This document shows positions 53,738 to 61,339 of a stretch of DNA of 64,000 nucleotides, one piece after another (position 1 is the first letter of the stretch; the number at the start of each line of letters is the position of its first letter). The position numbers and the translations under genes are program-made. The stretch is from Takakia lepidozioides (lineage: Eukaryota; Plantae; Bryophyta). Where the stretch lies: contig CM060732.1 in NCBI GenBank assembly GCA_030704615.1, positions 62,434,001 to 62,498,000 on the forward strand. Direction: 5' to 3'. Below the pieces are notes generated by a model. It was not told where the DNA came from and did not search any database. It saw only the letters and a program-made list of their open reading frames with translations.

Positions 53738-55118
53738 GTTCTTTTCTGAGACCATCACAGGGCTGGTTCCATTCTCTATTTAGCCATGTAGCCTAAGTGG
53801 CCTTATCATCTCTGGAGTTGATCTTATTTTTGTGCACTCAAGCTCACCTCTACTCTGCTTTCTCTCATTGGCTCACTTTGCATAGAGAATTATACTACGC
53901 CACCCACCACTACCTATGGAGTCATCACGAGCTCTTAAACATTCTCCCACCATCACTAACTTTCTGGCTTCACACAACCTTCCTCTTTTCTTGGACTATC
54001 TCTTATCCCCAAATTGCAAGTTCCATGGACATGAATGGATATAGAACTACTCGGTTGAGTGTGGTTTTGTGCATTCTATTGCAGGGCAGGGTATGATTAA
54101 CTCGACATAAATCTGGTCATTTCCTTCTGTTACAACCTCATCTCTTAAGGTCCTACTTAATCCTCACTCAGGCGGCGGGCTCTCCAGAACGTATCCTAAT
54201 CAGGGGGAATGCTTGCGCGTGAGCCTGGCCTGTGAGCCTGTGAGCCTGGCTAGGCTCACGCCACGTCAGCAAGCATCCACGTGTTCAGGCCCTAATTCCG
54301 TGCTCCCCCCCCCCTATTACCGCGGTTCCGTGCTCTCACCCCTATTACCCGTGCTCCCCCCCCCCCCCCCCTTTTACCTATGTCCGTGCTTCCCCCCCCC
54401 CCCCCTATGTCCTAATTTTTCTATCCCTCTTTACTGCCCCCACATGAATATTCCTTGTGGCCGAGAACAATGGCAGGTTTGCGGATGAATTTTGTGGGAG
54501 ATCCTGACTTTGGAATGAGGAGATCGCCCACTACAGAACTGAATCTGAAAAGAAAAAATGTTTTTTTGGCAAAGCAGTACATTCACTCCAACACACAAAC
54601 ATTTTTCAATTCCGCACTCCGAAGAAATACCGTAGGCAATCCCTAACTGTACTTACGGGAACGCGCAGAGAACTTGAAAAACAGTATGGGATGGAAGCAA
54701 AGCCAAAACACAATTTATTCAGCCTCAGTACTTGAACCGTCAAGAAATATTGGAGGTTTCAGAGGAACCACTGCCAGAGTTAATAGCAATATCATCTATG
54801 AATACAGCAGCACATACATGACGTTTTTTTTTTCCACGACCTTTATGGAGATGCGAATACAGTGTTTGTTCGGATAACACCCGTGCGCAAGCTTCCGCGT
54901 AAACCGGCAAGCGGTTGGATCTAGGGGGACTCGGGGACATGTAGTATCCTTGGAATCCGAAAGGTGTCTGCTGATTCAATGACTGGTGCAGAACTCTGGA
55001 AAGGAACAAGAGAAATGGTGGCAGATGTTAACATCCAGATATAGACAATGTTACGCAATTTTTTCGAACGGGAACGACACAAGGAAATGCCACATATTTT
55101 GAACGACTACAGAAGAAC

Positions 55119-58100
55119 TTACTCACACTCAAAATCGGAGTCCACGTCCAGATCCTCGTCAGGCGCTTCGGGCTCCTCCAGAAGTCCCTCTTTGGATGGG
55201 GTAGAAGTAGTGTCCGACTCAAGCTGACGAAGCTCGCTCGAGAAGAGCTCCGTATCAGCTTCCATGCCGAAGAAGTGCCTTCCGGCGCTCTTGCAAGCAT
55301 GAAAACATGCTCCTGCAAATCCAAGAAGAACGAGAAATAAAAACAGGGTTTCCCTAAGGTTACTGCCCATATGTCAATCACAATGTAAAGTGCCCCACCT
55401 GTGCCCATAGACAAGTCGACCACTCGTCCACCATGACGGCTGCATGTCTCCACCAAAGTCTGCATGAAAGCTGGAGATTTCTCCCGTGCACCTCTCCAAG
55501 GGACACCAATCGACCTTTTCATAGTTCGACCCGAGTCCACGTAATTGAAGAGAACATCATCCTCCATAGGCTCGCAGGTGGGGTCAATATGAGCTGCAAG
55601 GTCCCTCATCTGGAACTCAGCAACACCAGGAGGAAGAGTGTCCTTCCGCCTCACCAGGCACAAAGCTTCGAACACCCGTGTCTGTCAACAATGAGGAAGA
55701 GAGCATGAGACAGAAGGCATAACCCAGCATTTTTATTTACCGAAAAAACAACGAAACATGAATTGAAAGGAACCAACTCACTTTCTGCCCCGGGAACTCG
55801 CCCTTCGTAAGAGGCAGAGTATTGATGCATGTCCAAGTTTTGATGACACGAAACCCGGAGGCTTTCATGTAGCTGAAAAGAGTTCTTCGGGCCGACATGT
55901 CCTTTGACTGCATGAGAAGAAGAGCCCCCGAGTCCGAAAGGAATTTGTTGCTGAACGAGAAAGCCCACTGCCAATAACGAGAATCCGATTTGTTCCAAGT
56001 CGGGGTCGAATTGGAAGGGAACACATCAGGGACAGGATAACCGTCAGGAATGTCCAGCACCACAAGGTCAGTCGCGTATGCCTGCTGAACTCCATTCACC
56101 CATTCCGGTTTTTTTGTCACCTACAGGGAAAAACAGGAGACAGTGTAAGAAGCCCAATCCAAATCGAGCAGGAGATCAATCCCCTGGAAAAGCCACAACA
56201 AGATGCCAAAACACAATTATTCATACAACAGTTTAGACACAAGTGTTTACCTGAGTGAGGAACGAAACAAGCATGTCCCATGATTTCGAGGGCACCCCTT
56301 TGAATGTGGACTTCCTGGACTCCATCATTGCAAGAAAACTTTCATTCAGCACCCTACGATTGAACTGGCCCAAAACCCTGGAGGGATGTTCTCTCGCCTC
56401 GTAAGGCTGCTCCCTCGACTTTGATGTTCTCCTATCCCTCCTTGCGGGAGAAGGCTCTCTGACAGGAACCTCTGACGGTCCCTGTCCTTGCGGAGCTGCA
56501 CTTTTCCCCTTCCCCTTAGGATCCCCGACAGTCTTCCCCTTTCGTTTTGGAGTGGCAGTTCTCTCGGGCTCTTTTGCAGCCAGAGTAGAAATGATTCTGT
56601 CCTGAATGTCTTTGTCTGCCAATGGGGCAATCGCTGCGGCATTGTCGTTCAGGTTTCTCAAAACAACTTCATCGAATGGTGTGTCCTGTTTTGGCAGGTC
56701 GAGGTACCACCCACAGTCTCTGAAGTGCGCCCTGCTCCAGTCTCTGGCAATACCAGCCGTGTACATTGTCTTCTCATTGGAGGGGTCAGCCCATGAATAG
56801 ATGAAGTCTGGGTCATCGCTAAGGTACTTTCCCGGTATGAGGATATGATACATATACCTGAATCAAACACCAAAAACCCAGACAGTCAGTCAATCGGAAA
56901 ATGGAAAAGAACAGACATTCAGAAGAAGATATTGAAATAAAGGAAGGGAACACCTGGTAATCAACTTTTGCTGTCCAGAATCAACCTTGCGTTGACGCAA
57001 TGTTGATTCGAGCAGAAATGGGAAACACCTAGTGGTTACGTTGTATTGATAGAGACAACGACTGACAAGTGCAATACAACATTGCGTCAACGCAATGTTG
57101 TTTTCACTCACAGATGAAATGGGAAACAATGCCTGAAAACCACCATCTGACTATGTACTGCTATGGATATTCAACATTGCGTTGGCGCAATGTTGAATTC
57201 CTTGTTGAAACAAACATCGATAATATATCTGATAATCGAAAGTCTCCTACAATTGCATGGAAGTTGGGGGATGCACAGGGACATTTCCATCAATCCATAC
57301 CGCCAAACAACCTTGCGTCAACGCAAGTCTGTTTGTTGGCATAGTGAAAGCTGAAAATAGCATTTGAAATAGACTCCAAACATTGTTATGTTCAAGTTGG
57401 CAGAATTGGATCTGGATTTGAACTGCCCCAAACCAGAGGAAAAGGTACATAGTCTGCGTCTCATCAACATTGCGTTGACGCAAGGCTGATTTTCCTGTCC
57501 ATTCACCCCCATTCACATGCAATAAAACGCCAGTATGGGATACCCAGATATAGGTAAGTGAAACCAGGACCATGGGAAACAACTTTGCGTCAACGCAATG
57601 TTGCTGGACAGCACATTCAGAGCCCCCAGAGATCCCTCAAAGCCATGCAAATTCGCAAATCTGAAAGTATGACAGAAGATTGCAGATGCATGCCCTTCAA
57701 GTACCACAATTGAGTAAGGAGATCACACCTGTACAACACTCGTTTCATTGCTTGCTCGCTGTTCAGCTGGTTTTTGAACTCGTACGATCTGGAGATTCCT
57801 TTGTCTTTTTCAAACTCCCTGAAGAAGCAATTGTTCCAGACAGCGAGCTTCCACCTCCTGATATAGGCCTCCAGTGTGATCCGGGGGCAAGCCATCTGGA
57901 TTTTGTAGTCTGCCATCGACTCAGCAAGTGCAGCCACTGCACGTTTTTCTAACTGCAACAAGAAAGCTTGTAAGAATTTTGGAGAGGTTGGGAGCGGAAT
58001 TACGGAGCAACACACATGTCTGAAAATGGTTTGGTGGTATCCTTACCTGGCTCCAAAATGTGGCTTTGTGTAGCCACTGGTCGAATGTCTGGTCGCTTAC

Positions 58101-60594
58101 AACTTTTATTGCTTGTGTCTTCGGGTCTCTCTCTGGAGTTGGAAACATATTCGTGTCTCTCACAAGAGGATCCGAGTTCCATATCTCCAACCACCTGATT
58201 TTCGTTGCATTGTCCACCATTGAAATGGAAAGGCGATGTAGTTTCTCCTGAGTCATTTCTGGCTTGGAGCCAAACTTGTCATAGTGCACTTTCACCTGCT
58301 CCAGAAATTCTGTGCCAAGCCCTGGATCTGCTATCCTGATTTGTTTGTCGAATGCACTCATGAGGTTCTTCCTTTGATTATTCATCTCGAACTTCATCGT
58401 GTCCTCAAGCCCAGATGCAGACCGCTGCTCTTCAGTGTGGGAATCATAGTACTCAGCTTTCGCCTTCAAGCCAGTTTCTGCTATTTCTTGCTGCATACAT
58501 TGCAGGTAAAAAGAATGAAACACTGTCATTACTTGTGAGAAAATAGTAACAACAGGTAGTGTCAAGAAGCTTGCAGTGTCAAAAAGCAAGCAGTGTCAAG
58601 AAGCTTACAGTGTACATGTAGTCAAGGAAAGCCTCCCTTGTCAAGCTATACCATGTGCTTGTCTTCTTCTCAGCACACCTCTTCATCTGCTGTGGACTAA
58701 GCACGTTCGTGAATGACTCCAGTGGCATCAGCCCTACCTTCTGGATGCGGAATAGAGTGTGGCACAGATTGGTGGTCACATGAGATGTTTCGTTGGACCT
58801 GGAAAAACCGTCAACTCATAAGATGATTTCTAATTGTCGAAACGAGGAACAGACACAAAGATGGAGACTTACTTGTTTATGTCGTGCATGGCTGTCAAGA
58901 GCTGCGTGACATGCCCTTTGTGATCCAGAACCATGGAAACCACGCTCCAGTGCCATTCGATGTCGTCAGAGTGCATGCTTGAAATGTAATCCATCCAGGC
59001 AAGCAGTCTGTGGTTCCCATCCCAGACAAAAAACATCTTCCCCATGAATGCTTTTGTGGAGGTCTTCTTCGACAGCTTGAACTCGAACTCCCTGTTCACA
59101 TCCCGCCAGCATTCATCCCAACTTTGCTCAATGTCCTCTGTTACAAGACACTCCTCTCCTTTTGTGTTCATAGTGGATACGTAGAACACTGCTGATCCCT
59201 TCACATAGCCGTGAACAAAGTCGTTCTTCAACTTTGTTATATCGTTCCTCAATGCCGGTCGAACAGCGGGCATGGAGATCATCCTGCAAAGCGGAATGAC
59301 CAGGTTTCCGCCGGGAACCTCCATCGACAGAATCACCTTCGACGAGTTCACTTTTTGCCCACCCATTATCTCCTCGGCCTTGTCTTCATAGTGTCCCTCC
59401 AGTGACTCTTCATCACCTTCACCTTCTGAAGCGGCCAAATCTTCCCCCTCGGCTTTCCTTTTTCTTTTCCTCTGCACAGAATTAATAATCTGTGAGTGTG
59501 AGATTGAGCTCCCATGCATCAACCTTGCTTTGACGCAAGGTTGATTGATGGGGAAGTAACTTAGACTGAAAGGCATACAGGAAATACGTTTGGACCCAAA
59601 TTATGTTTTGCGTTGACGCAGGGTTGTTTTGGGAGCCTCGAAGAATGAACTTTCCCTACCTTACAGTGAGGAGAGTGGGATATCGGACGCATCCATTGTG
59701 CAAAGATATCATGAAAACCAGCCTTGCGTCAACGCAAGGTTGATTCCTGTGCAGCCTCTGTTGGTTTCACTACAAGCTCTAAACATACAATATGCAGGTT
59801 GGGATCAACCTTGCGTTGACGCAAGGTTGATTGTGAGCTGTCTTATCGGGGTTCAGCGAAGCAAAAATGTACAGTAAATGGAGACTCCTGTCTCTGCTTC
59901 CTCTTTGAAATCCATGATGCGTCGGAAGCATCCATGTCTCTCTACCTTGATTGTAGTGCAGTTTCTACACTGTTTTATGCCCAGCAAAAAAGCATTGAGG
60001 TCGACTTCAACCTTGCGTTGACGCAAGGTTGATGTCCACCTCAATGCTTAGCATGAAACCGTACAGATTGTGGTGCAGTTTCTGCACTGTTTTGAGCCCA
60101 GCAAATACACTTTGGAGGTCGACTTCAACCTTGCGTTGACGCAAGGTTGATGTCGTCCTCAATGCTTAGCATGAAACAGAGAGAGAAAAAGACAGAAACA
60201 GGGAGAGAAAAAGAAAGTTCGTAGCTACCTGGGGTTTCTGCTTTGCACTTGATGATGCTCCTGTCGCGTTCAATTTTTCCATGCGGTCTTCAGGTAGCAT
60301 GCTTCCAAGGAGGTCGCGATGGTGCGAAACAGGGGCAGACGGCCGCGTTCCTACGTCCGTTTGTTCTCCCTGGTCTTTGAAGGCCAGGTTCTGTACACTC
60401 ACTGCTTCCTCCCGAGCCCAGCTTACTTCCTCCTCATCCCCTCCTTCGATTGCAGGTTGCTCGTCTGTCGCCTCCTGGATCACTTCAAGACCTTCCTCTC
60501 CACACTGCGGTTGCTGTATCCTCTTTTGCCCTGCCTCTTCCTCATCTCGCGGGGTTTCTTCTCCCATTCTAAGCTCCCGTCTCGCCTTTCTCAT
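55119..60594 (-). CDS. ParB/Srx-like domain plus beta-class N4C/N6A DNA methyltransferase-fold fusion protein (~1,090 aa, 9 exons)
   Basis: Exons: 60594(or 60567)-60229, 59471-58873, 58798-58609, 58490-58047, 57952-57705, 56857-56251, 56120-55782, 55681-55399, 55312-55119. All GT-AG, with phases giving one open frame. Carries an NLS-like RKRKRK and ParB-like VRPALRNDITKLKNDFVHGY...FFVWDGNHRLLAW. MTase motif-IV position DLVVLDIPDG precedes the motif X/I/II region REKSPAFMQTLVETCSRHGGRVVDLSMGTGACFHACKSAGRHFFGMEAD. Start codon uncertain. Confidence 0.8.
56982..57603. repeat. Intronic array 1: six 24-bp palindromes CAAC(C/A)TTGCGT-(TG/CA)-ACGCAA(G/T)GTTG
   Basis: Copies start at 56982, 57077, 57172, 57308, 57465 and 57580, separated by unrelated sequence. 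All lie in intron 56858-57704. Confidence 0.95.
59520..60149. repeat. Intronic array 2: six copies of the same 24-bp palindrome
   Basis: Copies start at 59520, 59603, 59719, 59806, 60008 and 60126, in intron 59472-60228. The last two sit in a ~118-bp tandem duplication. Confidence 0.95.
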
Positions 60595-60844
60595 CCTCTC
60601 CTTAGCGCGTGCCCTTTCCTTGTTTGACGTGAAATACAGTGTTCTTCGACGCCTGCTTCTCCCTCGAAGTAGGGACACCGTCTCTGCGGAATCCAGGGTT
60701 GCAAAGAAAATGAGTTACTCAGGCAAAACGAACACTATCTGAGGTTCATCGCGGGGCCTTCAACGCCAAGATGTTCGCTCGGACCGTTCAGTGCGCCACC
60801 GACTCAATCCACATGCATGGCGAACACGTGTCTATGTAGTCGTT

Positions 60845-61031
60845 ATGTAAAACGGCCGGAATTATTGAAACATCATCCTTCCAAAAATGTAATCGGGGTA
60901 TCTCTACCCCTATGTTTAACGGCGGAGATCAATGAATCATCATCCTTACAAAATTCGTTGGGGTCTAACCCTATGTTTAACGACAGATATCATTCAAACA
61001 TCATCCATCCAAAAATCGTTAGGGTGTAATC
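60845..61031. repeat. Three degenerate ~60-67-bp tandem repeats in the divergent promoter region
   Basis: Units ATGT(A/T)(A/T)AACG...AA.CATCATCC.T.CAAAA.T....GGG at ~60845, ~60912 and ~60973. Confidence 0.7.
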
Positions 61032-61339
61032 GACTCTCATCTGAAAAAATTCATTGTTGGGTAATTTAGGGTGGAATGTTCCAGAGGAATGAGAATTATA
61101 TTCAGTTGTGCAGCGGTGCAGTCGCCGTCAAAATTGAATGGAAATGGGCATCTCTTCTGGCCTCCCTGACATGACAACGACATTGGCGGCTCTGTCAGTG
61201 AATCTGTCAGCTATTGCACTGGTGGTGCAATTCTGAGAGAACAATTGTGTATGAGGACGCCAAAACTCCACTCTCACACAACCTGCATTCAGAAGCACCA
61301 TCGGACTTTGAACTGTACTTTCTGTAGCAACATCGACAT

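Noticed and set aside
56982-60149. CRISPR array interpretation of the spaced palindromes
   Set aside because: Spacers are long and irregular (~60-180 bp), repeat orientation flips, there are no cas genes, and the arrays sit in spliceosomal introns of a plant gene.
55119-60594. Bacterial contamination as the source of the ParB-MTase
   Set aside because: The gene has eight GT-AG introns with consistent phases and an NLS-like motif, and it is contiguous with plant genes and a eukaryotic MULE transposase.
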